Source: Marsupella aquatica (taxonomy: Eukaryota > Plantae > Marchantiophyta). Taken from it: a stretch of 64,000 nucleotides of DNA. This document shows positions 1 to 12,800 of the stretch, in pieces. Position 1 is the first letter of the stretch; each line of letters opens with the position of its first letter. The stretch covers positions 7,567,241 through 7,631,240 of the forward strand of contig OZ316899.1 in the NCBI GenBank assembly GCA_973895155.1, in the 5' to 3' direction. The position numbers were made by a program, and so were the translations under genes. Under the pieces are notes generated by a model. That model saw nothing but the letters and a program-made list of their open reading frames with translations, was not told the DNA's origin and ran no database searches.

Positions 1-848
1 TTTTGGTGCGTTCAAAAGTTCTTGCCAAGGGCTATAAAGAGAATTTTAGTTTGGACCCAAAAGATCAACTTCAAAATATCCTGAACCGATTCTCCTGGAT
101 ATTTTGGCACTTGTTTGTTAAAACCGTTTCACATCTCTTTTCCACCTCTTGAGCTTTCCCATTAGTTTATTAGAGTAGGATATAGAGAGACATAGTTTAG
201 TACACCCTTAGGAGTTAGATTTAGAGAGTCTTAGTTTCATCTCACCTTTTAGGACTTTAAGTTTAGATGAGAAAGGGTTTTTAGGTTTTTAAACCTTTTG
301 GCATCTCAAGCCTTTTGAGGGAGCCTACAATTGGACTCCCAAGACCATTTTTCATTGTCTTATCCTTGGAATGTTAATCTTTGACCATTTTGGGTCTTTC
401 TCTCATGCCAATCTTGGGCTTAGGAGGGAGGATTAAACTAAAAGGAAATGTACCCCACTTCTACATGGAAAGCATTACATCCGTCTCAAGTTCATGGATG
501 AATGTCATAACGAATATAGATTTGTAAGAGAAAACTTTGATATCTAGGGAAAGGAGAATTGTAGTGAGTCATTGGATGTAAAGCCGATCTCTTTTGAGTA
601 TATGGAAGTCATTGATATATGAAAATCAGATTACCTATGGATAAGAAGTTAGATTTTATAAACTTATTGATCTAAGAGTTTCTTGGAGAATTGTTTTAGG
701 ATTCTTGAAGAAGAATAAGTAAAGAAATCGCTATAGGGTTTTGAACACCACAAAACCGGAGTAAAATGCTTTACTTATTCCTTACGGGACCAAATCTTTG
801 TTGTTTTGAGCAAGATCCTATATAGTTGATGTTTTTCTACTTACCACA
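1..848 (+). mobile_element. Right-hand end of an LTR from another retrotransposon, inserted into the 5' LTR of the Copia element (continues left of the window)
   Basis: Non-coding and AT-rich, with a TATA-like CTATAAAG near 31. Ends ...TTACCACA at 848, exactly where similarity to the Copia 3' LTR begins. The first ~70 bp of the Copia 5' LTR are missing here. Orientation is tentative. Confidence 0.5.
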
Positions 849-1129
849 CACTAGTTTGAGTTCCAGGTTCCCATAGACCATGGGAGGGGGTATACCCAAG
901 GGGAACACAAACTTGTGCTTACATTTGAAGGTTCACTCTTCAAGAGACAAAGTGAGACAGTGAGAGGAGGAGCTCTAGCACGTTCGCTATGGCGGATGTA
1001 ATCGGTGTGTATTACTGGATTTCTCTCACGGTCGTGGACGTAGCCCAGACAAGGTGAACCACGTACTTTCAGTGTTAGAGTCTATGGATGTTGTTCACAT
1101 GTGTTGACGGTCTAGATCATATCCCAACA
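849..1129 (+). repeat. 5' LTR (5'-interrupted) of the Copia element
   Basis: Direct repeat of ~6284-6576, with about a dozen substitutions and one 12-bp indel; ends CCCAACA. Confidence 0.9.
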
Positions 1130-1131
1130 AT

Positions 1132-1143
1132 TGGAATCAGAGC
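1132..1143 (+). promoter_or_regulatory. Primer binding site, tRNA-iMet type
   Basis: TGGAATCAGAGC, one mismatch to the canonical TGGTATCAGAGC, 2 nt after the LTR end. Confidence 0.85.
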
Positions 1144-2264
1144 TTGGGGACCGAGATTGAGAAGCGTTTGGGGCTCATCGTGACCGATTTGTGGGGTTCG
1201 GTGCGGGATGTGAGCGTGAATCGTCTCCTAGTCAAAGTAGCACAGGCTTTGGTCTGTTCCTATGTTGCTTAGGTGGAAGATTGTGTGCATTTTGAAGGTG
1301 GGAAGACAGTTTTCTTCAATGTGAGCGCAATTCGGGTTTTGCTTGTTCGTCTTTTGTCGTTGATTTGATCCGGGGAGTTACAAACGGGACAAGGATCAAT
1401 TTGCAACAAACGGGAAACACTTTGGTGGTGTGTGTGATCACTAACTTGATTTTGAAGTTGGCTATTAAGCTCAGGCAGCCATAGTCGAGAACTCAAAGCG
1501 GCGGTCGTACGATTGTACAAATTTAGGTTGATTTTTTAAAATCATGATCTTGGGTCGTCCATAGGCTTGTTGGGAAGATCTCATTGCGCTTGTTCCAACC
1601 ATATAAATTATAGAGCGATCAGAGATTGGACGGCTGAGATACGGGCAATCAAAGCAGGTTTGACTTTGGCTACATGGCAGGGTGCGGGAAGGGCGTTCGG
1701 CCGAGTACGGCAAGGGTGACAGGGCGGCAGGGGGCGGCAAGGCGCTTGGGGTGGTGGGGCACAACGCAAACAGGCACTGTCCTGTTTGTGCCAAGTGCCA
1801 TAGGGCAATTCGCCCCCTGCGCAGGGCCAAACGCCCCCTGTACTTTTATTCCCTATATTCTCAATTTTCTAGAACGTTGAAATTCAACGGTAAATTAGGG
1901 ATTTGACAAGGCAAATGGGTTCCGTTTTCCGAGATGTTTTGCAGGGGTGTTCCGTGGGGAGTTAGGGAGAGGCCTGAAAAATAGGTTTAGGAAACGAAGG
2001 TGTGTGCAAGTTTTATTAAAATGAGTCCTTGAGGGGGTCTAAAACGACATTTTGACCCCCCTACGATCAACGATTAATACCTCTCGGCTCGAGTGTCCGT
2101 TTGCAGAGCTGTTTGGTGTTTTGGAAAGGTTATCTTGCAGGATACAGGAAGGTGAAGTCAGTTATTGATTTAGATCACTTTAATTTTTTGGTCATTTTTT
2201 GGGTGAGGTTGCTTGGAGGGTCCGATACGGTTTGGCAACCTTACAAGCACCTTGGTAGCTTAGA

Positions 2265-5200
2265 TTGAATACATTGCATGTAAGAGTAGGAGACATTGTC
2301 AAGGCGTCCCAAAAGGTGACCAGTGCAAAGTATGAAGTGGAAAAATTCACCGGGCGCAATAACTTCACATTATGGAAAGTACAAATGAAGGACGTTCTTG
2401 TTTCCCAAGGCTTGGGTTCAGCATTTAGCACCAAGCCATCCTCCATGACCGATAAGGAGTGGAAAGACATTGGTAATCGTGCTCTCAGTTTGATTAGGCT
2501 CCACTTGGCACCTGAAGTTTTACTTCAGGTTGTGACGGAGGACACAGTTACAAAGCTGTGGGATCGACTGAAGCTGATGTATGAGAAGAAGTTGTTGACA
2601 AATCAACTATACACAAGCTTGAGGTTGATGAACTTCAAGATGGCTAAAGGTAAAACTATGCACAAACATATTGATGGTTTTAATTTAATTGTTGCAGAGT
2701 TGGCGAGTCTCAATGAGAAGGTGGATGATGAAAAGAAGGAACTTCATTTGCTTACTTCCTTGCCACTCTCATATGAGAACCTGATCCAGACAATCTTGTA
2801 TGGCAAGACAACGTTGACCTATGATGAGACAGTGAACACTTTGCTATCAGACAAAATGCAAAAGAAGATACACAACGGTTCTTCTTCTTCATCTGGATCA
2901 ATACTAGCAGTTACCAAGGGCAGGTCACGAGAGCATTTTATAGGCTCCTCTGGTAAAACCAAGGCTAGATCAAAGTCACGTGACTCGAAGGGTGTTGAGT
3001 GATGGAAATGTGGTCAGAAGGGCCACATTAAGAGGCATTGCATGAGTGGTGCTAGCATTCAAAGTCAGACAAGTTTTGTCACTTCTAATGATGATGCTGA
3101 TTTTGCCTTATGTATCGGTTCCCAGGGTGAGGGACGGAGTGGATTTTAGATTCTGCATGTTCCTTTCATATGTGCCATGACAGGGAGGTCTTTTGCACCT
3201 ATGAGCCAAAACCAGGGAACGTCTTGATGGGGAATGATCAACCCTGTCAAGTCATTGGCATAGGTACAGTGCGCATTCAAATGTTTGATGGAATTGTGCG
3301 TACGTTGATGAACGTTTGTCACATTCCAGATTTGAAGCGGAATTTGATCTCTTTGGGAGCATCGGACACATCTTGTCAATGGAGTACAACCAATGGAGTT
3401 TTGAGGGTCACACGTGGTCCTCTAGCGGTGATGGAAGGTAGGAAGTAGGGTTAGATATCTTGGTAGGTACCACAATTCTTGGTAGTGCCAATGCAATTTT
3501 ATCACAGGTGGATCAAACACAATTGTGGCATGCACGGTTGGGTCACATGAGTGAGAAAGGGCTGAATGTGTTGTGCAAACATAATCTCTTGCCAAGTGCA
3601 AAATCGTGCAAGTTGGGGTTTTGTCAACACTGTATCCTTGGTAAGGAGCATCGTGTAAGTTTCTTAGCAGCCAGTCATACCTCTAAAGATATTTTGGATT
3701 ATATTCATTCTTATGTGTGGGAATCACCTGAGCTCTCACTGTCAGGAATGAAGTATTACATATATTTTATTGATGATTATTCAAGGATGATCTCGGTGTA
3801 CTTTATGCGTGAGAAGTCTGAGGTGTTCTCAATCTTCAAGAAGTGGAAGATGCAGGTTGAGACACAAACAGGGAAGAAGGTGAAATTTCTTTGTTCGGAC
3901 AATGGAGGACTGGGGAGTATATCTCTAATGAGTTTCATCTCTATTTAGAGCGTGAAGGCATTACCCGACATTTGACTAATGCATATACTCCTCAGCATAA
4001 TGGTGTTTCTGAGAGGCTGAATAGGACACTATTGGAGAGGTACAAAAGTATGTTGAGCCAAGCAAGTCTATCAAAGATCTTTTGGGCTGAAACTGTCAAC
4101 ACAACAGCTTACCTACTAACATTGTCTCTAGTTAGCAGTATTGGTCTTAAGACTGTTTGAGATGTGGCACAAGAGACCTGCAGATTACACGAGATTGTGT
4201 GTGTTTGGATATGAGGCATATGCGTTGTTGCCTCTAGTTTCACGGAATAAGCTTGACCCAAAGTCTGTGAAATGTGTGTTTCTTGGCTACCAGAAGGGAG
4301 TAAAAGGGTATCGTCTTTGGGACCCAGAGGTGCTAAAGTTGGTAGTCAGCAGGGATGTTTCCTTCAATGAAGGTCCATCATTGAAGGAGAGGGAAGAAAT
4401 GCCACATACTCCCGATGCTGACATGATTGAGGGGGAGATTGAGCATGAGTATGCTCATGGACCAACACCAGCGCCGACGGTACCATTGGCACCAATACCA
4501 GCAGCTATAGTTAGTGGAGAATCAGTTTCTCCTAGTGTGGGTGAGTCATCTAGGCGGTCATCTTCACGGCTAGTTCAAGCTCCAAAAAGGTATCGTACAT
4601 GGTTTTCCTCAGATCAATTGGAGAGTGATGATGATATTGATGATTCTGGAGCCATTATGCTTACAAAAGATGGTGATCCATCTACATATGGTGAAGCCAT
4701 GTCTTCTATGGATAGAGCATAATGGAGTGCTGCCATGCAAATAGAGATGCAATCATTGCATAAGAACAAGCCTTGGGAGTTGGCTAAGCTTCTTGAAGGT
4801 AAACAGGTCATTGACAGCAAGTGGGTATTCAAGAAGAAGGATGACGCTTTTGAACATGCAGAGAAGATCTACAAGGCCAGGCTTGTGGCCAACGGATTCA
4901 CCCAAGGGAAGGGTGTGGACTATAATGAGGTCTTCTCACTAGTAGTAGCAATGGCTACTTTGCGCTTGATTATGGCATTGGTTGTTCTGTTTGATTTGTG
5001 CATGGAGCAGATGGATGTAGTCACAACTTTTTTGTATGGACTACTAGATGAATTGATATTCATGAGGCAGCCACAAGGATTTGTGGCTAGGGTAGGGAGC
5101 ACTTGGTGTGTAAGCTATTGAAGTCACTTTATGGTCTGAAACAAAGTCCAAGGCAGTGGAACAAGAGGTTTTATACCTTTACGTTGTCACTGGGCTTTGT

Positions 5201-6136
5201 TCAAAGTGAATATGACTATTGTGTCTACATGAAGAAGGTGAGCAATGCAATGTTTGGTTTCATTGTTCTGGTCCTTTATGTGGATGATATGCTCATTGTT
5301 GCCAAGGATATGACAGAGATTATTAAACTCAAGACTCAGTTGAGCTCAGAGTTTAGTATGAAGGATTTAGGATCAGCCAGATGCATACTTGGGATGGAGA
5401 TTCATAGAGACAGGACGAAGGGGAAATTGTGGCTGACGCAGAGTAAGTATACAAAGAAGGTACTTGTTAAGTTCAACATGGCAAGTGCTAAGGCTGTAAC
5501 TACTCTTCTGGCAGCACATTTCAAGCTTTTGGCTGCATCTTGTCCCACATATGAAATTGAAAAGGGGTTGATGTCTAAGATTCCTTACAAAAATGCAGTG
5601 GGCAGTTGATGTACCTTATGGTTAGTACTCGACCAGACATAGCACATGCTGTGGGTGTGGTGAGTAGGTACATGGTTAACCCAGGGAAGGTACATTGGGA
5701 AGCAGTCAAATGGATTCTAATGTACTTACACGACACATCTGAGGTTGGTTTGTTGTTTGATGCACATTCAAACAATGCGATGTCTCTTGTTGGATATGTG
5801 GATTCAGACTATGGTGGTGATTTGGATCAGCAAAAGTCTACAACAGGGTATTCTTTCACGTTGGCAGGAGGATGTGTAAGTTGGAAATCCATGAAGCAGA
5901 AGTGCATATCTCAGTCGTCTACTAAAGCTGAGTATGTAGCAGCAGCAAAGGAGGCTATTTGGTTGGGGAAGTTGACTCATGATTTGGGGATTCCACAAGA
6001 ACAGGTGGATCTTCATTGTGATAGCAACAGTGCTATACATATTGCGGCAAACCAAGTGACGCGTGGCAAGGTAAAGCACATTGATATCAGATATCATTTT
6101 CTCAAGCAAGCTGTTGTTGAGAAAGAGATTGAGTAA
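2265..6136 (+). pseudogene. Copia gag-pol polyprotein (Gag, zinc knuckle, protease, GAG-pre-integrase, integrase, RT, RNase H), disrupted
   Basis: Motifs: zinc knuckle *WKCGQKGHIKRHC (stop at the first Cys), WILDSACSFHMC, LWHARLGHMSE, SDNGG/TPQHNGVSERLNRTL, LYGLKQSPRQW, LYVDDMLI, GYVDSDYGGD, KHIDIRYHF. Several stops and frameshifts. Confidence 0.95.
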
Positions 6137-6201
6137 CTAATCAAGATTGATACATATAGTTACAAGTAACACTACTAGGTAGTTAGCTGAGGACTAGAGC
6201 C

Positions 6202-6576
6202 AAGGGGGAGTTTGTTAGGTTATGTCTCTAGTATAACCTATATACTTCCATAGTACTAGCTAGACTTCACTATACTAGGATAGCACTAGTTTGAGTTCCA
6301 GGTTCCCATAGACCATGGGAGGGGGTATACCCAAGGGGAACACAAACTTGTGTTCACATTTGAAGGTTCACTCTTCAAGAGACAGAGTGAGAGAGTGAGA
6401 GGAGGAGCTCTAGCACGTTGGCTATGGCGGATGTAATTGGTGTGTATTACTGGATTTCTCTCACAGCCGTGGACGTAGCCCAGACGGGGTGAACCACGTA
6501 CTTTCAGTGTCAGAGTCTATGGATGTTGTTCACATGTGTTGACGCTGTCTCGTTTGGTCTAGATCATTTCCCAACA
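6202..6576 (+). repeat. Polypurine tract (6202-6210) and 3' LTR (6213-6576) of the Copia element
   Basis: AAGGGGGAG, then TT, then TGTTAGG...CCCAACA. Confidence 0.9.
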
Positions 6577-7761
6577 TTATACAATGGGAAGGTATAATTT
6601 ATGTGAAGTATTTTCTCTCTTGTAATATTGTATGAGATGTGCCACTGTCTACTATACAAGCTATGGGGTCGTCCAGTGTGATGGAGTATGTAGTAATTGT
6701 ATGTATTTTGGGTATTGCAGTATTGAATTAGAACTCTGCTATGTTATCTTCCATTTCAAGAAAATTTCCTTCTCTTGGCATATTATTGGAATTTAAGCTC
6801 TCCTGGTATAACTTAACTAAATGGTTGGGTGCTTTGCATACATTTCTCAAATGCCCTCTTGTTCCACATGGAAAACAAGGGGTTGCATCAGGATTCTTAT
6901 CTTTGGTGGTGTTGCTATGGTCTCTTTGTTCTTTGCCTTTGCTCCAGCCTTGACCTCTTCCTTTGGTACTGCCCCTATACTGGAATCTATCATCTCTGTT
7001 GTTCCAGTTATTCATTTGGGTTCTACCAGCACCTCTACCTTGGTGATGTCCTCTGGGAATAAATCGTCCACAATTTCCTCTATTATTTCCGCCTTACCAA
7101 TTTCCTCTTCTGTTTTGATCAAACATGTTGTAGTTACTTTCTGTCTTCTGTGGTGGTGGAGCAGTGCCCGCGGGTTGAGACTTTGAATTTTCAAGTAGCA
7201 GAATTTGGTGTTTCTCGGCCAGCAGCATATGCGCAATTAGTTTAAAGTATCTCGTGAAGTTCATAATTTGACACTAGGAGGATAAAATCATGTTAGTTGT
7301 ATGAAAGGTAGATAGCAATTTTCAATTTGTTCATCATCTGGGACCGGGTGTCCACATACTGAAAGTTGGGATACAATCCAAAAAATTTCATTATTATAAT
7401 TTGCTACTGTTGTATAATCCGGTACACACAGGTTTATCTAGTCATGTCTTGCGGCCGGTAATGATATGGTTTTCATATGATCATATCTTAATTTCAATTC
7501 CTCACATAGAACTCTTGGGTTCATTTTGTTCATATACTGAGTTTTTAGGGGCTCAGCCAAATGATGGCAAATAAAAACCAGTGCTTTAGCTTTATCTTGA
7601 AGAGTTGCCCCAACATCTATTTCAATTGAGTCCAATATATTTTTGGAGGCTAGATGGGCCTCAATATCGAGGGACCATGTGAGATAGTTAGCCCCATCGA
7701 CTGATAGTGCCCTAAAGTTCAACTTTTCTATAGAAGTATTCATATTTGTTGAATTGTGCAT
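6577..7761 (-). pseudogene. Bianca-type gag and start of protease, disrupted
   Basis: ORF fragments 7438-7761, 7012-7236 and 6728-7015, plus a DSG protease motif truncated at the 6576/6577 junction. Confidence 0.8.
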
Positions 7762-8457
7762 TCAATGTGTAATAGTGCAATATATGATTCCTAATGAGGA
7801 GGGTGGAAGTGAGTTGAAACTTCCCTTTTGATCTTGCAAATTGTTGTGATGTTGAATCTCCTAATAGCGGGTCTCACATCGCCATCCTTTGTTTATGTAT
7901 GTTCACAATTTGAGGATATTTGTGTTGCCGGATTTTCAGATTTCTCTGACTCTTTCTATAGGTTTCTCTATAGAGAATTGTCAGATTTTCATGGTTGGCG
8001 ATGAGTGAGCAAGTAGCAGTTGCAATTTGTGATGCATCTTGTTGAGAATGATTGCATTCTTAATTGGAATTGAATCCTTATCCCCTATACGCTTCATGTC
8101 GAGGAAAAACTCTGGAGATCAATGGTAATGTTATTTCTATAAGGGATTTTAAAGCCTTATCCTCATTATAGATAGCCAAATTCAAAATTTCAAAGACTAA
8201 TAGGGCTGAATGATTGCTAAAGGGTCATAGCCAAAAAAATAAACTTCTTGAACTTGTGTTGATAACATATTATGGTAAGAACATCAACCATAGCTAGAGA
8301 GCTCAAATCAATATCCACACACACTCATACTTCATTGATAGATAAGTAAGGAATACAAAGGGTAATAACCTTATAGGTTGTTTGGTAACTGCCTTGTGTG
8401 GTGTTAACTATGGTTAGGGTAGCTAACCATTGTAAGGTTAGATTTTCACCCTTAACA
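6577..8457 (-). mobile_element. 5' part of a Bianca-lineage Ty1/Copia element, interrupted in its protease by the Tork-like element
   Basis: Gag KLNFRALSVDGANYLTWSLDIEAHL...KAKALVFICHHL...LKLRYDH and knuckle CFPCGTRGHLRNVCKAPNHLVKLYQESL match Bianca Gag. Protease CIVDSGTSHTILQERKYF lies at ~6600-6660. Degenerate Bianca-type PBS TGTTATCAACACAAG at 8253-8267. The outer LTR boundary (~8457) is uncertain. Confidence 0.8.
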
Positions 8458-8760
8458 CAAGGAACATTTTTAAAGTACTTCCCAAAAAGAAGAAATAATG
8501 TAAAGGGCAACCGCATTGCAAGTTACAAGGAAAACGTCAATCCCATCAAGGACACAAGGAATCATGTGATCAATTCTTCCATCAGCATGGAGGTAAACAA
8601 AAATTGTTTCAAAAGAAGTAAGTTGCTTTCCAAAGCAAAAGACTTAAAATGAAGGCTTGCTATTCTTTGTTCAAAAGTTGATTCATGGTATTGTGTCACA
8701 AGTATGGTTGATCCACTTGATTTCAGTGGAAGGATAGGACAAAGTTTTTTCATGCTACCA

Positions 8761-9721
8761 TGCGCCGCGCAAGGCGGTTCAGTCAGCGACATCTTTTGGT
8801 TAGGCGTAACGACAGAATAGTTGTCATTAGGCGCCGATTAGCGGCACAATAGGAAGAATTAGGACCGGATCAGTTAGGATCAGCCAATGTAGGATAGAGT
8901 CCATCAACGGACTAGATTTTGGTCAGTAGACTTAGCTGCTACCATTCCGGTCAGCGCCCTTGTTGTCGACGGTCAACCGGTCAGAGGAGTGCGGCCGGCT
9001 AGTCAGAGGGTAGTTAGTCAGTAGGCATTGCCTCGGAAGGTAGTATCTTCCGGTTCCTTTCCGCAACCGTAGTATTTAGGCTTCCCTTTCCGCTATGGGA
9101 GGGGGAGAAGGCTTAGTTATCTCAGCATAAGAAAAGGCGAGGCATGGGGAGTCCCGACCTGAACAGGGTCAGAGCGCACCAAGGAGTGAGAGCCAGAGTT
9201 GAGCTTGCTGGGCAAGTGCAGGGCGGGGCCTCGTAGAGACTGGGCATCGACTGCCGTTGGGCCTGCTGACCCCCTTAGAAATCGAGTCAACTATGTAAAC
9301 TGATTCTTCGCTGAGTAAATATAGTCTTTTCCCTCTAATGTTTCTGCAAGTAACTGGTGTTGTGTGTATGCTTTGTCTGGGCAAAGGCGCCATTTCAAGG
9401 GACGTACCGGGTGCGAACTAATGGTAGGGATTGCCACCCATTGCATGTCACAAGGTTCTATTGCGTTGATGGCTTGAAAGCCCCAAGCCGGGAGTTAGTC
9501 CGAGTCACTAACTGTGGGAATATTCCAGCGGTTGAAAACAAATATACCTATGACTAGTACGAGTTGCGTGAGTGTTATACCAGTAAGTATATTGCCTTAG
9601 CCCGACTTAGTGCCAATCGAGGCCACTACACACCTCCTTGCCCAAACCCTCACCCCTACTGGTGGTCAAGGTCGCCCCATGGAGCTAAACTGGATTTAAG
9701 GCCCGGGTTAGGGGTGCGACA
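8761..9721 (+). repeat. 5' LTR of the Athila-like element
   Basis: Direct repeat of 18649-19608; starts TGCGCCGC, and similarity ends at ...GCGACA. Exact termini uncertain by a few nt. Confidence 0.9.
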
Positions 9722-9738
9722 TATGGCAACCGGTTTTT

Positions 9739-9756
9739 TGGCGCTAGATGGAGGGG
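9739..9756 (+). promoter_or_regulatory. Primer binding site complementary to tRNA-Asn
   Basis: TGGCGCTAGATGGAGGGG, one mismatch to the reverse complement of the plant tRNA-Asn(GUU) 3' end as I recall it (...CCCCUCCUUCUAGCGCCA). Confidence 0.7.
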
Positions 9757-9804
9757 GCACTCGTTTTGCCTTACGAGTGGAGCCGTGTAGTGAGCTATTA
9801 ACCT

Positions 9805-12800
9805 TTGATTTTGTCCTTGACGTGTAGGAAGGGGCATGCCCCTTACCCGGTCACGTTCTGCGTATTTACAACAACCAGACGGAGCATCAAGTTTGGAAGG
9901 AAATACCACATCTGGCGGAGCAGGGAGCTTGGCTTCCCAAGCAGGATCGCTTATTGTGATGGGAACCCAAGCAGCAACGGCGGGAGGAACTCCACCGGTT
10001 CCACCAGTCCCGCAGGCACAGGTGCATTGCGGCCTCCGGCAGCCCAGAATATGTCACAGCAATCTTGGTTCCACTATCAACCCTTCAAGGGACGACCCAC
10101 GGACGACCCCGATGAGTGGCTAGCTGAGTTTGAGGCCACAGCCAAGGCAAATGGCGAGGAGGCCATTAAGCTAACCATCCTTCCAGGCGTGCTACGGGGA
10201 GAACCACGCCCGTGGTTTAACTTGCAACCCCTCGGCTTCACATGGGGCCAGTTCCAGAGGGCATTTTTGCAAGAGTTTAGGCCCGTGGGGATCAAATCTC
10301 AGGCCTTGTCAAAAATCGGACGAATGCAGATGGGTAAGCATGACTCACTTCGCAAATTTCTGCAGCGATTCCAGAAGGTTGCCGCCAAGATTTGGCCTAA
10401 GCCCGATGACTCCCTGTTGAGGAAATGGTTCGTCAATGCGCTACCCCAGAGGATGGCATTCTCAGTGCTAGAAAAGAAGACCACCACTCTACAACAAGCA
10501 ATTGATAGTGCCGAATCCTTCAGGGAATCGCACTACGCCTCTCAGCTTAATAGGAGGACCAAGCATAAGAAGAGCAGGAGGTAGAAAAGATGAGAAGAAA
10601 AGGAAGAAAAGACGTTGGCATAAGAAGAAGGGTCGGACAAGGTCTTTGTCAGACTCTGATTCAGAGTCTAGTGATTCCCTGTCCAGTAGCCCGACGTCGA
10701 CTGGCTCATCCTCCAGCGATACCGAGTCAGACTCTTGTAACCACCGAAAGAAGAAGGGATCACGGTCAGATGCGAGTAAACATAAACCATGATCCAAGGT
10801 CGTCACCACAGACCCCAAGGCCGCGGAGGTAGAAAAGCTTAACAAAATCACAAACCGGCTGAAAGCACTATCAGTGCGCTTGGCAGAGAAACCGCCTGAC
10901 AAGAAGAAACCACCAGAAATCCGAGCGCATGCTTGGTGCTCCAAGTGTTATCAGTCTGGACACGTGGTGCAAGAATGCCCAAGGTGGAACACTCGTGTGC
11001 ACCAGATAGAGTTGGAGCCCGGACAGTCCGAGCCACAGGGAAGCACAATGGAGTACTTCTTCGAGGATCCGGCTGAGGCGGTATTCCAGATGAGTATGAC
11101 GGGACCTCGCACCCTAAGCGGCCACAATCCCGGGTTCCATACCCCTTATCCGTATCCTATGAATAGGCGTGGCTCCTAGATGATCAGCAATCCAAGTATT
11201 CCGCCTAAACCCGAAGTTTGGCGGACCCCGGTTTGCTATAATTGCGAGAAACCTAGTCACTTTGCTCGAGAGTACACGGAGCAACGGAAGCAAGGGGATG
11301 GGAGAGCGATTCCATTGTGCCAGGTCTATCAAACCGAAGCACATTCCATGTCAAACTGCAACTTGGTGTTAGCCACAAAGGCCGGCGCCGTCCGAGCTGC
11401 TCAACCTGCGGCCCCACCGACTACGGATGCGGTAGTACAAATGGTAACGTTGGAATGGCAGGACGACTCCACCGAGTGGATCAATCTCATAGAAGCAGTC
11501 GAGCAACTGGGAGCGCACACAGACAACAAATGTTACCGCGCTTCTACCCGATCATCCCGCAAGAAAGACAAGTATGAAGCACGGGCTCTGAAGAATGACA
11601 AGCAAAGAGACATGGCCGCAGATAACCATAGTCCGATGGAACCGGACGAGCAAGAAGACTACCAGCGGGATAACCCAAAGTTGTTTTACCCGCGAGTAGA
11701 GGAGCTGGTCAAAAAGCAATTGGAAGCCTACGAGGCCCAAGAGCACGAAAAAGCCATTAAAAAAGGATATCGCCGATGTTAAGGCGGCAGAAAAAGCTGA
11801 GGAGGCTAAGACCGCCTTGGAAGCTCAAGTCAAGGAAGCAGAAACATTAAAATCCGTGACCCCACCGTCTAACCAGTACGACATCAAAAAGGATGTTCAA
11901 AACTGTGCAACCACGGCCACCGTCGGACAACTATTGCAGGATAACCCAAAGTATCGGCAACAACTCAAGGAGATGCTGATAGGGAAGAGAAGGAGACGGC
12001 TACCTTGGGTAAGCACCTTAGCCGACTATATGATGATTTACCAAGACTTAGGAGCGCCTGAGGTCTCTATCGAGATAGCGGGCTGTACTGTTTGGTTTGT
12101 ACTGGTAGATGGCGGGTCCAGAGTAAATATCATGACGGAGGACACTTCCGTGAGGTTGGGATATACATCTTATCAACCCACGGTGCGTGCCATTCGGTTA
12201 GCAAACGGCACCCGGATCATGCCATTGGGGACGTTGACCAAGATATCCACGTGGATTGGAGGCCTTAAGTTTTTTCTAAATTACCTGGTGATGCAACCAG
12301 TCTGACCCTCAGCTTATCCAGTACTGTTAAGCAGACCCTGGTTATACAGTGCCCGAGTCATTACCGACTGGGGAAAGAAGGAGTTACGATTTGGTAACCC
12401 GACTACGACGGTGTCATGGAAGGAAGAGGACTATCAGAACAAAACACCCCAGGGACCCGAAGAATATGACTCAGAGGAGGAAATCTCAGAAGAAGAGGTA
12501 AATATGGTAGAGTTAATCTCTCAACTGGACGAAGAGGAAGTCTTTGGGGGAAGTGCCACCCGAGAGGCCCATATTCTGAACCAGCCCAGACCAGCAGCCC
12601 CAATCGAGACGCCAGGGATGCCAATAAGAGATGATGCGGCGGCGGGTGAAGAATTCCCTGTAATAGTGAGCCCTACGAAGGTCATTGGCCAGGGCACCTT
12701 GCCAGGTATACTCGAGGAGGGCACTACCAAGGCCACCACTCCTCCCAAAAGAAAGAAAGTTACATGGAGCCCCGAGGTACCATCCGTAATGGGGGAACCC

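Larger units (their letters stand above)
849..6576 (+). mobile_element. Ty1/Copia LTR retrotransposon, Tork/Tnt1-like, degenerate
   Basis: Paired LTRs (849-1129 partial; 6213-6576), Met-type PBS, PPT, and domain order gag-PR-IN-RT-RH. Gag begins KYEVEKFTGRNNFTLWK as in Tnt1-like elements. Confidence 0.95.

Noticed and set aside
849-853. CACTA pentamer at the LTR junction as a CACTA terminus
   Set aside because: It is part of the Copia LTR (also present in the 3' LTR), and no subterminal repeats follow.
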